Shown: one piece after another, positions 21,276-31,858 of the stretch
How positions within the stretch are numbered: the first letter of the stretch is position 1
Layout: the number at the start of each line of letters is the position of its first letter
Origin: an uncultured bacterium
GTDB taxonomy: Bacteria; Krumholzibacteriota; Krumholzibacteriia; LZORAL124-64-63
Direction: 5' to 3'
Assembly (NCBI GenBank): GCA_963727525.1
Contig: CAVSGO010000003.1
Coordinates: forward strand, 32,001 to 96,000
Length of the DNA stretch: 64,000 nucleotides
Program-made: the position numbers and the translations under genes
The notes under the pieces: generated by a model
Told to the model about the DNA's origin: nothing
Databases searched by the model: none
Seen by the model: the letters and a program-made list of their open reading frames with translations, nothing else

Positions 21276-21535
21276 GCGATGCGTCTCGACTCCCGCCGGA
21301 TGGGCGCGACCTGCAAAGATTGTTGCGCGCCAGAATCGCCCGCGCGCAGGCGCGCCTGGCGGAGCTGGCCGACGACCGCGCGTCGACAAACGGCTACTTG
21401 GCGACAGGGCCCATTGGTATACATTACTGAATTGAAGATGCGGCGTGCCCCCGCGACACGGGGGTTGGCCCACATCATCTAATACTGGTCGCGAACGCTC
21501 AGCGCGCGAGCTTGAGCAGACGAAAGGAAAACAAG

Positions 21536-21664
21536 ATGGCAGGTCTGTGGTCGCCGGATATGTGGGGAACGCCCGTTGGATTGGGTATCTTCTTCCTCGG
21601 CATGGGAATCGGGATGGGAGTGTTCTTCTGGGGCGCGAGCAAGCTTCCCGGGAAAAAGGACTAG
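21536..21664 (+). CDS. 42-aa Gly-rich single-TM small protein, copy 2
   Basis: MAGLWSPDMWGTPVGLGIFFLGMGIGMGVFFWGASKLPGKKD; RBS AAGGA. Confidence 0.8.
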   Translation: MAGLWSPDMWGTPVGLGIFFLGMGIGMGVFFWGASKLPGKKD

Positions 21665-22184
21665 CACGGATTCGGGAGTTTGCCTCGTCCCGGGCGACCT
21701 CTACCCCGTCAAGCACCATCGCCGCCGCCGCCAGAGTCCGCGCTGCCGATGGCGGCGTCCCCGCGCTCACCCTTCCCGAGTTCAAGGCCGAACCCTACGT
21801 CAGGGAATCCGAGGGCAATCCGATCAGCGGCGTCGTGCGGGTCATCTTTCAGGACTGGCGGGTTGCTCGAGTGTGACGGGAGCGCAGTCGTCAATGTGAT
21901 GCGGAACGGGCCGTGGGAGATCGCTGACGAGCCAGGTCCGCGGACCGACTCGCTCCATTCGCTCCTCGATGTTACGCGCGGCGTGGCGATGCCCACCGCG
22001 GCGTCGCCCTCTCCACCTTCTTGACCGGATGCAACGCGGTGGCACCGGACCGCCTTGGCGGGATAGAACGAGGCTAACATGACCGTCTGGTCGCTCTCGA
22101 CGCCGGTGCCTGGATCAACGGGATGCGAGTCGCGCCGGCGGTAGCTGGTGTTTCGCTTGGCTCGGCGATTCGCGGTGATGGATG

Positions 22185-22229
22185 TAAGTGATTTACTAGT
22201 AGTGTTTTACGGAGTCCAGCCGGCTGGAC
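22185..22229 (+). repeat. Bipartite element, copy 2
   Basis: TAAGTGATTTACTAGTAGTGTTTTA-CGGA-GTCCAGCCGGCTGGAC (perfect palindrome). Confidence 0.7.
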
Positions 22230-22338
22230 ATCGGGAGGGAGGCTGCCCTCGTGACCGTCGCCGGTGGATTGGTCACCTCTGAGGTCGAGGCGCCGCGAGA
22301 GGCAGCCAGACGCCAGCGGTCTTACCCCACCCAACCCA

Positions 22339-24975
22339 TCACCGCCCGTCGCTCTCCTCGGCACCCAGCATCCCCCGCAACCGCGCAGCCTCCTCGCCAT
22401 ACCCCTTGCCTGGCTCCGCGGCGTTCCACCGCTCGAGTGTCGTGGCTGCGGTATTGATCACGTCCACGTTGTCGCAGTCGAAGAGCGGGAGTGCAGGGAG
22501 CGCTTGGTCGAGCAGCTTGACCGACTCCACCTTCTCGTCGCGCGCCATCAGGGCGAGGGCGAGGCGGACCTCGGCCAGCTCGAGTTCCTCGGCCTCGTGG
22601 TCGCGGGATTTCATGGCGTTGACGAGGGAGCGGAGTTCTTGCTCGGCCTCGCGGTGGCGGCCCAGCTTGAGCAGGATCATCGCGTGGATGCCGCGGGCGT
22701 TGTCCGTGTCGGGATGGTCGGGGCCGCGGACGCGGCGGGTGCGTTTCAGGGCGTCGACGATCAGAGTTTCCGCGGCGGCCGCGTCGCCGGTGTGGGCCAT
22801 CGCTCTCGCTTGCAGCGCGAGGGAGCTGAGGGTCAGGGGGTGGTCCTCTCCGAGCACGCGTCGTCGCAATTCGTATGTCTGGCGGTGAAGCTCCTCGGCG
22901 GCGGTCCAATCGCCGAGCATGGCGTCGACCTCGGCGACGTTGTTCATGCTGTTCAGGGTGACGGGATTCTCGGGGCCGAGTATCCGCTTCTTGGCTTCCA
23001 GGGCGCGGATCATGTACTGGCGCGCTTCTCGTAGGTGGCCCTGGTTGGCGAGGACGTTGCCCAGGTTGTTGAGGATGCGCAGGGTCTCGGGGGCGTTCTC
23101 GCCGACCGTCCGCTCCATGACCGCGAGGGCTCGCTTGTCGATGGCCTCGCATGCGTCGTAGCGTCCGGTGCGCTGGTAGATGTTGGCGAGGTTGGTCATG
23201 GTATGCACGGTGTTGAGATGATCCTCGCCGAGTGCGGTTTCCTGCCAGTGGAGGACGTCCTCGAAGATGCTCGTGGCTTCGGTCAATCGCCCGTCGTCCT
23301 GGTAGATCAAGGCCAACGTGACCTTCCATTCGGCCACGTCCTCGGCCTGGTCGGGCGGGGCGTGCTTTCCGTAGTCCAGCGCGTGGCGCAGCTCGCGTTC
23401 GGCGTCGTCCGTCCGGCCCAGGCGATACAGGGCCAGCGCCTCATCGCGATGGGCCCAGGCGGTCTGGAGGTTATCCTCGCCCTGGTGGGCCGTGCGCAGC
23501 GCGACCGCGCGCACGAGTTGCGGCAGCGCGGCTTCGTAGTCCCCGCACGACAGGTAGGTGTTGCCCAGGGTCTTACGGATCGCCGCCTCGACCAGCGGCT
23601 TGTCGGCGAAGCGGCCGCCCGGCGCGGCCGACGAGTCGAGGCGGGCTGCGGCCACGTCGAGCACGTCGCGAATCCGGACGTCGATTCCCCGGCCCTTCTG
23701 GTTCGACGGCGCGGCGGCGGAGAGCAGGTCGTTGTTTAGGAAGTCGTTGACGGCCTGCGCGATCGCGGCCTGGCGGGTGGCCTCGCGGGCCTCGATGGCG
23801 GCCCGGTGCTCCGCGCGCTTCGCCCGCCAGAGCCCCCACGAGCTCGCGGTGACGCCAAGCACGAGCACGACGAAGATCACGATCAGGGCCCGAAATGCGC
23901 CGCGGTTGCGGCGGATGAGCTTCCCCAGGCGGTACCCGGCGCTCGGCGGCCGCGCCATCACGGGCTCGTCGGCAAGAAACCTCCCGATGTCCGCGGCCAG
24001 ACCGTTCGCGGTCTCGTAGCGGCGGTTGCGGTCCTTCTCCATCGCCTTGAGCACGATCCAGTCGAGGTCGCCCTGGAGCGACCGCCTCAGGCGCTGCGGC
24101 TCGGTGGCACGGAGAGCCGCGATCGACGTGGCCTGCGGGCCGGCGAGCGATTCCAGCTTCCGGCTCGGAGTCAGCGGATCCTCGTCGCGGATGACGCGCC
24201 GCATCTCGTCGATGCCCGCGCGGCGCAACGAGTGGATGTCGAACGGCGGGCTTCCCGCGAGCAGCTCGTAGAGCATGACGCCCAGCGAGTAGATGTCCGC
24301 GCGGGTGTCGACATCCTCGGAAGTGAGGTCGGCCTGTTCGGGGCTCATGTACTCGGGAGTGCCGATGAACGACCCGATCGCCGTGAACATCGTCTGCTCG
24401 GCCAGATTCTGGGCGGTCGCCTTGGCCACGCCGAAGTCGATGATCTTGGGGACCGGCTTGCCGTCGATCTCGGTGACGAGGACGTTGGTCGGCTTCAGGT
24501 CGCGGTGGATCACGGCTTTCTGGTGGGCGTGCTGGACACCCTGGCACACGTCGGTGAAGAGCTGCAGGCGCTGGCGAGTGTCGAGCTTGTGGCAGTCGCA
24601 GAACTCGTTCAACGGCATGCCGGCCACGTATTCCATCACGAAATACGGGCTGCCGTCCGGCGCGGCTCCCGCGTCGAGGACCTTGGCGATACAGGTGTGG
24701 TTCATCAGCGCCAGCGCCTGGCGCTCCGCCTCGAAGCGGGCGATGATCGCGCGGGAATCCATGCCGCGCTTGATGATCTTGACCGCGACGTCGCGCCGCA
24801 GCGGTTCCTTCTGCTCGGCGAACCACACCTCGCCCATCCCGCCCTCGCCGATCTTGTGCAGCAACCGGTAGGGACCGAGGGTCCTGGGCACCGAGTCCGC
24901 GGAGCGCCCCGCTGCCGTGTTCGCATCGTCGCCGAAGGGGCCCCCCGGAGTCGTGGGGGCGTCGTCGTTGGCCAT
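22339..24975 (-). CDS. Ser/Thr kinase with TM helix and TPR repeats
   Basis: IGEGGMGEV, HRDLKPTN, IDFG, YMSPEQ; repeated LGxDHPxTL..NLA TPR units. Confidence 0.93.
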   Translation of the reverse strand: MANDDAPTTPGGPFGDDANTAAGRSADSVPRTLGPYRLLHKIGEGGMGEVWFAEQKEPLRRDVAVKIIKRGMDSRAIIARFEAERQALALMNHTCIAKVLDAGAAPDGSPYFVMEYVAGMPLNEFCDCHKLDTRQRLQLFTDVCQGVQHAHQKAVIHRDLKPTNVLVTEIDGKPVPKIIDFGVAKATAQNLAEQTMFTAIGSFIGTPEYMSPEQADLTSEDVDTRADIYSLGVMLYELLAGSPPFDIHSLRRAGIDEMRRVIRDEDPLTPSRKLESLAGPQATSIAALRATEPQRLRRSLQGDLDWIVLKAMEKDRNRRYETANGLAADIGRFLADEPVMARPPSAGYRLGKLIRRNRGAFRALIVIFVVLVLGVTASSWGLWRAKRAEHRAAIEAREATRQAAIAQAVNDFLNNDLLSAAAPSNQKGRGIDVRIRDVLDVAAARLDSSAAPGGRFADKPLVEAAIRKTLGNTYLSCGDYEAALPQLVRAVALRTAHQGEDNLQTAWAHRDEALALYRLGRTDDAERELRHALDYGKHAPPDQAEDVAEWKVTLALIYQDDGRLTEATSIFEDVLHWQETALGEDHLNTVHTMTNLANIYQRTGRYDACEAIDKRALAVMERTVGENAPETLRILNNLGNVLANQGHLREARQYMIRALEAKKRILGPENPVTLNSMNNVAEVDAMLGDWTAAEELHRQTYELRRRVLGEDHPLTLSSLALQARAMAHTGDAAAAETLIVDALKRTRRVRGPDHPDTDNARGIHAMILLKLGRHREAEQELRSLVNAMKSRDHEAEELELAEVRLALALMARDEKVESVKLLDQALPALPLFDCDNVDVINTAATTLERWNAAEPGKGYGEEAARLRGMLGAEESDGR

Positions 24976-25132
24976 GGTTCGTCTCCGACATCTTCGAGTG
25001 AGGTGGCGATTCTAGACGACCAGAATCATTGACTAAAGATAGACGTCTTCAATGCCGTGGCGATCGCGATGGAGGGTGCGATGGCGAAGCCGCTGAAATT
25101 CCGGACGGTCTGGTTCCTACTGCCACGCAACC

Positions 25133-25687
25133 CTAACGATGCCAACTCTTGACCCCTCCCCAGGATATCCCCTCCACCGGCACATCCCCTGCCGGCGACC
25201 ATCTCAACACCACCTCACCGTCATAGGCCGGCCACGGGTATGCACCCAGTACCTGCACATTGAGCTCGACGCTGTACACACCAGGCGCGAGATCGAGGTC
25301 CACCTCCGACGGCGCGGGAGCGGCCGGGAAGATGGGTTCGACTGTCCCGTCGGGATGCGTCAGGGTGCGCATGTGTTGCGAGATCGGTTCCACGTCGGTG
25401 AAGGAGCGTCGGGCGTTGACGTGCGTCGGCTCGACGAGGAGCACCGTGCAGGTGAGGGTGACTTCGTAGGTGATCTCGATGAGGAAGGTGCCTTCCTCGG
25501 GGGCCCAGGTGCCGTGGAACTCGAGGCTGTCGGCGCCGCAATGGGCCGGCCAGGGGTTCACGCAATAGATGCCCGAGCCGTCGGCTTCGGTGGCGTGGAA
25601 GGAGGGGCCGTCGGCGCTGGTGACGTCGACGGCGCGGACGGAAAGCGATGTGGCGGCGACCAGTATCAGGGCGGTGATGGCTGGCAT
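25133..25687 (-). CDS. Secreted hypothetical protein with SWGGVKSWHR tail
   Basis: Signal-like N-terminus; C-terminal motif shared with 11355-11981. Confidence 0.65.
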   Translation of the reverse strand: MPAITALILVAATSLSVRAVDVTSADGPSFHATEADGSGIYCVNPWPAHCGADSLEFHGTWAPEEGTFLIEITYEVTLTCTVLLVEPTHVNARRSFTDVEPISQHMRTLTHPDGTVEPIFPAAPAPSEVDLDLAPGVYSVELNVQVLGAYPWPAYDGEVVLRWSPAGDVPVEGISWGGVKSWHR

Positions 25688-26036
25688 GAGGTTCGATCAG
25701 CGCACGCGCGACCTCCTCGATGGGGGATTGTCCCACGCGTCCGAGGATACCACGACGCGGTTTGCTCCGCGACCTCACATCTGGTGATATCGTCTCCCTA
25801 TCCGTGCACGAATCCTCCCGACCCGGCTGCGAATCACGGTTGACTTTCCACTGGGCAGCCGCAGGTAAAGGGCGCGCAGACCCTGGCGACGACAACGAGA
25901 TCCGCCATGTGAGCGCAATCCCTACGGCCGCAGACCCAGGGTAAGATCGAGCGGTAGCACCGGACAATGGCGAAAGTGGCCAGGCTGCAGAACGACTAGC
26001 TGCCGGTGCGTCAGGTTTACCGGGGACTACTGGTGC

Positions 26037-26129
26037 CTACCGCCGACGCCGGCCCCAGTAGTAGCCGCCGCCGCCGCCGAACACGACCACGAGCACGACA
26101 ATGAGGATGATCAGGGTACCCGTACTCAT
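26037..26129 (-). CDS. 30-aa single-TM small protein
   Basis: MSTGTLIILIVVLVVVFGGGGGYYWGRRRR; RBS AAAGGA; in line with csbD and the PRC-barrel gene. Confidence 0.7.
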   Translation of the reverse strand: MSTGTLIILIVVLVVVFGGGGGYYWGRRRR

Positions 26130-26198
26130 GATGATTGTTCCTTTCGAACGGACGAACGCGACGCGGGTGTCGCGTTCGTCCTTGTGACGTTCGGAGCG

Positions 26199-26384
26199 CT
26201 ACCGCGACCCGTGCTTCTGCGACTTCCTCATATCCTTCGTCACAGCCTTGACCTCGTTGGCCGCGCCCTCGAGGTGCCCCTTGGCCTCGTCACGCTTGCC
26301 GTCGCGTTTCATCTTGTCGTTGCCGGTGGCGGCGCCGACGGCCTGCTTGACGTGGCCCTTAGCCTTGTCCGTGTGCTCACCCAT
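26199..26384 (-). CDS. csbD: CsbD family stress protein
   Basis: DKAKGHVKQAVGAATGNDKMKRDGKRDEAKG; RBS AAGGAG. Confidence 0.85.
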   Translation of the reverse strand: MGEHTDKAKGHVKQAVGAATGNDKMKRDGKRDEAKGHLEGAANEVKAVTKDMRKSQKHGSR

Positions 26385-26450
26385 GGGATCTCTCCTTGTC
26401 AATACGCAACCACTTGATGTCGTCGGAATTGACGAGCATCACAACCGCGT

Positions 26451-26813
26451 TCAGTCTCCCCAGTATGGTCGGGAACCGTAGTACTTGTGGATCTCGCCAC
26501 CCCAGATTCGGTCCGAAAAATCAGGCCAGGGTTCATTCTTGTCGAACCCGGGAGCAGCCTTGAGTTTTTCCTTGCCCACATCGAGTATGAGCTTTTTCTC
26601 GGTGTTGGCGAATTCGAACGCACTCCAGGGTACGGCGTAATGATTACCGCTGAAGGAGAGCACCGCATAAGCCAGGTGCCCCGTATTTGCGTCGATCATC
26701 AGGTCATCGATCTTGCCCAGCTTCTCATCCTCGCGGTTGACAACCGACTCGCCCTTGATCGTCGTCGCGGAAACGACGCCGTACTTTTGCTGTGACGTCC
26801 TCGTGGTTACCAT
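26451..26813 (-). CDS. PRC-barrel domain protein
   Basis: SATTIKGESVVN.EDEKLGKIDDLMID..TG.LAYAVLSF...VPW...KLKAAPGFD. Confidence 0.88.
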   Translation of the reverse strand: MVTTRTSQQKYGVVSATTIKGESVVNREDEKLGKIDDLMIDANTGHLAYAVLSFSGNHYAVPWSAFEFANTEKKLILDVGKEKLKAAPGFDKNEPWPDFSDRIWGGEIHKYYGSRPYWGD

Positions 26814-27110
26814 AGGGTATTCCTTGCTTTGGACTTGCCGAACATTCCGGGTCAGTAATCCGCATGAAGCGAGATTTGTGCCGACGATGTGGTTTCATGT
26901 AAGTGGCGGTGGCCGCTGGCTTTGGACAAGGCTGGACCGCAAGTAGCAGGCCGTGGACGACGTCAGAATGATGGTGGAGGCCATCAGAATCGCTTTGATT
27001 TCTCAAGCTCCTCCTGAAATCGGACAGCGGTTACCGCCATCGCTACGGCCGCCGCCACCCTCACCTGTCGGAATTGCCAGGTCAGACCTGCCAGGATCGC
27101 GTGATATTGC

Positions 27111-27137
27111 TCAAGGAGTTTCAGTGTCGGACGATCT
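27111..27137 (+). promoter_or_regulatory. sigma28 (FliA)-like promoter of chemoreceptor
   Basis: TCAA-N15-GACGATCT versus consensus TAAA-N15-GCCGATAA. Confidence 0.4.
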
Positions 27138-27232
27138 CGTGTTCCGGCGACCTTGGTAAAAGCGCCGAGTTGTCGTCCCGGGCGCTGGAGGGTACCTGGG
27201 TAGGGATTCTCTCCAGTCCCCGGAGGTGTCGG

Positions 27233-29053
27233 ATGTTCCGCAATCAGAGCATCGGTCGTCGTATCGGTCTTGGATTCGGGTTCGTTATCGGCCTATTGAC
27301 CGTCGTCGGCGTATGGTCCGTGCTTGGAGTGCGGAGCATTTCAAAGAGCACCGCAGATATTGCCGTCGGAAACGACCTCAAGGCGGAGATTCTCCAGCGA
27401 GAAGTCGACCACCTTCGATGGGCCGCGAAGATCGGCCAACTACTCGACGACCCCGCCGTGACGGAACTCAATGTGGAAACCGACGACCACAAATGCGGTT
27501 TCGGGAAATGGTACTATGGTGAAGGCCGCAAACAAGCAGAGTCCTGGCTGCCTGACCTTGCGCCGACCCTGGCGAACCTCGCCGAACCGCATCGCCAGCT
27601 CCATGAAACGGCAATCGGAATTGGCCAGGCGTTTCGGCCCGCCGACGCCGATCAGGCAATGCTCCTCCGTGACGCGAAATCCGGCCACCTGGCGTGGCTC
27701 GAGAAGGTTCTGAGGCAGATTGTTAGCGACGATAGCGTGGAGATCACGGGAGTGGAGACCGATCCCACGCTCTGCGTCCTTGGCCGTTGGCTCCAATCAG
27801 ACGATCTGCAGAAGTTTCGGGCGACAAGTCCAGAAGCGGATGCCCTGTTGGCGCAGCTCCAGAGTATGCATCAAGAGCTCCACGGAGAAGTCGCCGTGCT
27901 CAATGGCGCGCTTGCATCCGGACAGCACGGTGTAGCAAGGCAGCACTTCCGGGAAACGACACAGCCGATGGCCGATCAGACGATTGGCACGATCGACAAA
28001 CTCACGGCGCTTGTCGACGACCATCTGGACGGTGCGAAAGAAGCGACGCGAATCTACACCGAAAAGACATTGCCGATCCTGGCTCGGGTCCAGGAGCTGC
28101 TTGGCGAAGTGGCCACGACGACCGTCGTCAAGGTGTCAGAGGAAGAGAAGAACACGATTGCAGCCGCGCATCACACGCAGCAGGCTGTGATTCTCTGCAG
28201 CATACTGGCGGCGCTTCTCGGGAGTGGCCTCGCGTTCTTCCTCGGTCGCGGAATCGTACAGACGTTGCGTACGGCCATTGGGAGCCTACGTTCTGGTGCC
28301 GAGCAAGTCGCCGCGGCGGCTCAACAGGTCGCCGATTCGAGCCAGAGTCTGGCCGAAGGTGCAAGTGACCAAGCATCCAGTCTGGAACAGACAGCGGCCT
28401 CGCTCGAAGAAATGGCGGCGATGACGAGCCGCAATACCGAGGGTGCGCACCAGGCTCTCGATACGACAACCCGAGTCAGCGGTGTCTCGCAGGCGGGCCA
28501 GCACGCACTCGAACGCATGACAACGGCGATCGAGAGGATCAAGGAGTCGTCGGACGCTACGGCGCGAGTGATCAAGACGATTGATGAGATTGCTTTCCAG
28601 ACAAACCTCCTCGCGCTCAACGCCGCCGTAGAAGCCGCACGCGCCGGCGAGGCCGGCAAGGGGTTTGCGGTGGTCGCCGAGGAAGTCCGTAATCTCGCAC
28701 AACGCAGTGCGGAGTCGGCCCGAAACACCGCGACCCTGATCGAATCCGCGCAATCCAATGCCCAGGGTGGTGTCGCGGTCACGGAGGAAGTCGCCAAGCT
28801 GTTGGCCGATATCATCACGGGCGTAACCGAAGTCCAGGAAATCGTCGGAAACGTCACGTCCGCGAGCGAGGAGCAAGCTCGAGGCATATCAGAGATTACC
28901 ACGGCCACAGACCAGATGGACAAGATCACGCAGACAAACGCCGCCGGGGCTGAAGAATCGGCGTCAGCGAGCGAAGAACTGTCCGCGCAAGCGGCCGAGA
29001 TGGCGGAGATCGTCGACCAACTCAGTGTCCTGATCGGCGGCCACGTTGATTGA
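27233..29053 (+). CDS. Methyl-accepting chemotaxis protein with two CZB domains
   Basis: [37 protein letters not shown] motifs DHLRW/CGFGKWY/HRQLH and GHLAW/CVLGRWL/HQELH lie between two TM helices. Confidence 0.92.
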   Translation: MFRNQSIGRRIGLGFGFVIGLLTVVGVWSVLGVRSISKSTADIAVGNDLKAEILQREVDHLRWAAKIGQLLDDPAVTELNVETDDHKCGFGKWYYGEGRKQAESWLPDLAPTLANLAEPHRQLHETAIGIGQAFRPADADQAMLLRDAKSGHLAWLEKVLRQIVSDDSVEITGVETDPTLCVLGRWLQSDDLQKFRATSPEADALLAQLQSMHQELHGEVAVLNGALASGQHGVARQHFRETTQPMADQTIGTIDKLTALVDDHLDGAKEATRIYTEKTLPILARVQELLGEVATTTVVKVSEEEKNTIAAAHHTQQAVILCSILAALLGSGLAFFLGRGIVQTLRTAIGSLRSGAEQVAAAAQQVADSSQSLAEGASDQASSLEQTAASLEEMAAMTSRNTEGAHQALDTTTRVSGVSQAGQHALERMTTAIERIKESSDATARVIKTIDEIAFQTNLLALNAAVEAARAGEAGKGFAVVAEEVRNLAQRSAESARNTATLIESAQSNAQGGVAVTEEVAKLLADIITGVTEVQEIVGNVTSASEEQARGISEITTATDQMDKITQTNAAGAEESASASEELSAQAAEMAEIVDQLSVLIGGHVD

Positions 29054-29351
29054 GGCCTGCATGTTGCGCCAGCAGATCGTTGTGCCGCAGCGGACGAGTC
29101 TCGGGGCTGTCGTTGAGCCCGGCAGTTTCTGCCGCGTCCCACGCCGGACGGCGTGAGACTGGACTGCTAATTTTCACGCAGGGTGCGGGCCGAGATCACC
29201 TTTGAGACGATTTCGTTCTGCCCGGATCGGTGACGTCCCTCCGCGCAGGACGTGGTACGCGCCTTGCAGCCGTCACCGTCGATCTCTAGCCGAGTCGACC
29301 CGAACGTTGGGCCCTCGCCATGTCACAATTCTCCATCGTGAGGGATGAACG

Positions 29352-30329
29352 ATGAACAAGATCCTGACTTACGTTCTCGTCGCGGCCGTCTGCGGCCTGG
29401 GTGCCTGCGGAAGCGACGACGACCCTGCGCAGCCGGCTGACCAGGGCGGCGGCGGCGTTCCCATGTACCAGGCCGTGAAGCAGGCCGCGCCCGCGTTCGA
29501 GCCCGCAGTCAAGGCCAGCACGGATTTCTCGGACCAGGCCATGATGGTCGCTTACCAGCTCCTGCGAGACTACACCTACCCGGATGACGAGGGTCAGGTG
29601 GATATGAGTAACATCTACAAGGTGCTCTGGGAGACGAACAACTACCTCCTGGGCGCAAGCTCGCGGGGAACGTCCACCATCGACGCGACCGACACCGCAA
29701 TATCGCCCTTCGCGTTCAGCGATTTCCTCGGCCAGTCGTACACCGCCGGCGTTGCCAACGAGGAGGGCGGCTACGGCAGCAGCATCGCGTACTCCGTGGA
29801 CGGCAACACGCAGCGGCTCCTGGTGTCCTACAAGTGGGCGCCCGACGCCGCCGAACAGATCACGATCGGCGTGATCCAGGCCCAGTACGACTCGACGAGC
29901 GGCGATGTCGCCGTGCGCTTCGCGCAGACCGTGCAGTACCCCGCCGGCAGCGCCATGGGCGGCGACAACGGCTCCGGCTTCGCCATCCGCGCCCAGATCG
30001 ACGGCAACAGCCTGACTCACACGTTCGAGCTCAAGATGGCACTCAATGAGACGTCCCTGGTCGCCAGGGGCATCTCGCGCGGCGCCGGAAATTACTTCCT
30101 GTTCCGCTGCGGTGACAACTACTACAGCGTGCCCGCGGATGCCACCGAGGCGGACCTCGCGAGCCTGACGCCCACGGACCTCGCCGGCATCGCAGCCGAG
30201 TGCGCCGCCTACGCCGACGCCGTCTCGGGGATGACTCCCTACGACGTCGAGACGGATCTGCCGGCCCTCGACCTGAGCGACTTCGACGGCGGTGTGTCCG
30301 GCACACCCGTGCACTACCTCATGTTCTGA
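29352..30329 (+). CDS. Hypothetical lipoprotein
   Basis: Lipobox LGAC, acidic composition, strong GC3 bias. Confidence 0.75.
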   Translation: MNKILTYVLVAAVCGLGACGSDDDPAQPADQGGGGVPMYQAVKQAAPAFEPAVKASTDFSDQAMMVAYQLLRDYTYPDDEGQVDMSNIYKVLWETNNYLLGASSRGTSTIDATDTAISPFAFSDFLGQSYTAGVANEEGGYGSSIAYSVDGNTQRLLVSYKWAPDAAEQITIGVIQAQYDSTSGDVAVRFAQTVQYPAGSAMGGDNGSGFAIRAQIDGNSLTHTFELKMALNETSLVARGISRGAGNYFLFRCGDNYYSVPADATEADLASLTPTDLAGIAAECAAYADAVSGMTPYDVETDLPALDLSDFDGGVSGTPVHYLMF

Positions 30330-30613
30330 TCCGGCGCGCTGGATCGCTGCGATCACAGACCACACGGAGGACCCGGGGCAACTCGGGTCCTTCGTATTCC
30401 CGTGTTCACGTGGAGGAGAGCGGGGGAACGCCCTCGTCGCCACATCCATCGGGACCCGTTCGATCCCGCGACCACTGCCGCAGCCACGGATATGCGCACC
30501 TTGCCGCACGACGATTTCATCAGAAATTTCGGTGTCGATAGTCACAAATCTGTGCCTGTATCGTATGATTCGCCAGCCCCAGGATGGCTGGCCACAGACG
30601 GAAGGGAGCCCCG

Positions 30614-31858
30614 ATGAATCTCACGCGTGTAGGGTTTGCAATATCGGCTCTTGTCGCCTTCGGCGCGGTGGTCGCCGCTGCCGGTGAAGTGGAACTGGTC
30701 GACGGGGTCCCCCACGTCCACGTCGGAGCCGAGCCGGATGACGGCATCCGGACGCTCCACCTGCGGGAGCTCTGGCACATCGATGCGGAGGACGAGGAAC
30801 AGCTGATCGGCGTCGTCTCCGGCGTTCTGGCCGGTCCCGAAGGCACGACATACATGGGCGACCAGCAGCTGGGCCAGATTCTGGTGTACGGGTCCGATGG
30901 CGAGTACATGCGCACCCTCAGCCGGCAAGGCGAGGGGCCGGGCGAGATCAATGCTCCGCACAACCTGGTCTGGCTGCCGGATGGCTCCCTCGGGATCATC
31001 GACCGCAAACCCGGCCAGATCACGACCCTGGACGCGGCTGGTCTGCCATTGTCCCCTATTCGTCTGCGGGGCAGCGACGGGGAGCCCATGGCATCGGCCC
31101 AGTTGATGTCGGTGCGGTGCCGCGGCGGCACCCTGGCGCTGAGCGGAACCCAGTTCGGATTCGATGATGGCCCACCGACCCAGACCCGTTTCTTCTCCAT
31201 CTTCGACGCCAAGGGTCGCGAGGTGAAACGCCTCATGGAGGCCCCATCGGGCTTCGACTTCGGCGCGCGGACCTACGACGAGAAGGCTGACTACTTCGTC
31301 AATACCGGTGTTTGGGCCATTGATGGTCGCGGCCGCGTCTATCACGCCCCGTACTACGATCGCTACCTCATCGAGGTCCACGACGCCGAGGGTCGCCTGA
31401 TCCAGGTCATCGAACGGGACTTCGTGGCCGCCAAACGCACCTCCAAGGAAAAGGAAGAAATCCGGAAGAACACGGTGATGACGATCGATGGCGAATTCAT
31501 CCCCCTCGATTGCGACCTGCAGGACCGTCACGCCGCCATCGGCGGTATCGAGGCGGGGCTCGGCGATGGGATCTGGGTCCGCAACGGACGCGACGAGCAC
31601 GACCTTCCCGCCGGGATCATTCGCTCCTACGATGTCTTCGACGGGGATGGGAATTTCCGCGAAGTGGTCCGTCTGGCCGGCGAGATGGACAAGGACGCGG
31701 ATAGGCTCTACCACCTGGCCGATGATCGCTGGATACTGCTGCGCAATATCGCGGCCGCCAGACGGGCCATGTTTGCTACCTACAACGCCAAGAAGAAGGC
31801 GACGGGAGAGGTTGAGGACATCAGGCCGCTGCAGATCGTCTGCCTGCAACCCGTCTAA
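30614..31858 (+). CDS. Secreted 6-bladed beta-propeller protein
   Basis: Signal peptide, ILVYGSDGEYMRTLSRQGEGPGE motif, YDVFDGDGNF. Confidence 0.75.
   Translation: MNLTRVGFAISALVAFGAVVAAAGEVELVDGVPHVHVGAEPDDGIRTLHLRELWHIDAEDEEQLIGVVSGVLAGPEGTTYMGDQQLGQILVYGSDGEYMRTLSRQGEGPGEINAPHNLVWLPDGSLGIIDRKPGQITTLDAAGLPLSPIRLRGSDGEPMASAQLMSVRCRGGTLALSGTQFGFDDGPPTQTRFFSIFDAKGREVKRLMEAPSGFDFGARTYDEKADYFVNTGVWAIDGRGRVYHAPYYDRYLIEVHDAEGRLIQVIERDFVAAKRTSKEKEEIRKNTVMTIDGEFIPLDCDLQDRHAAIGGIEAGLGDGIWVRNGRDEHDLPAGIIRSYDVFDGDGNFREVVRLAGEMDKDADRLYHLADDRWILLRNIAAARRAMFATYNAKKKATGEVEDIRPLQIVCLQPV

Noticed and set aside
25850-25970. Possible c-di-GMP riboswitch
   Set aside because: The GGCAAAC/GAAA/GCAAA core could not be aligned.
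9270-26000. Classical integron cassette array
   Set aside because: Genes are in mixed orientation, and no intI or recurring RYYYAAC...GTTRRRY attC hairpins were recognised.
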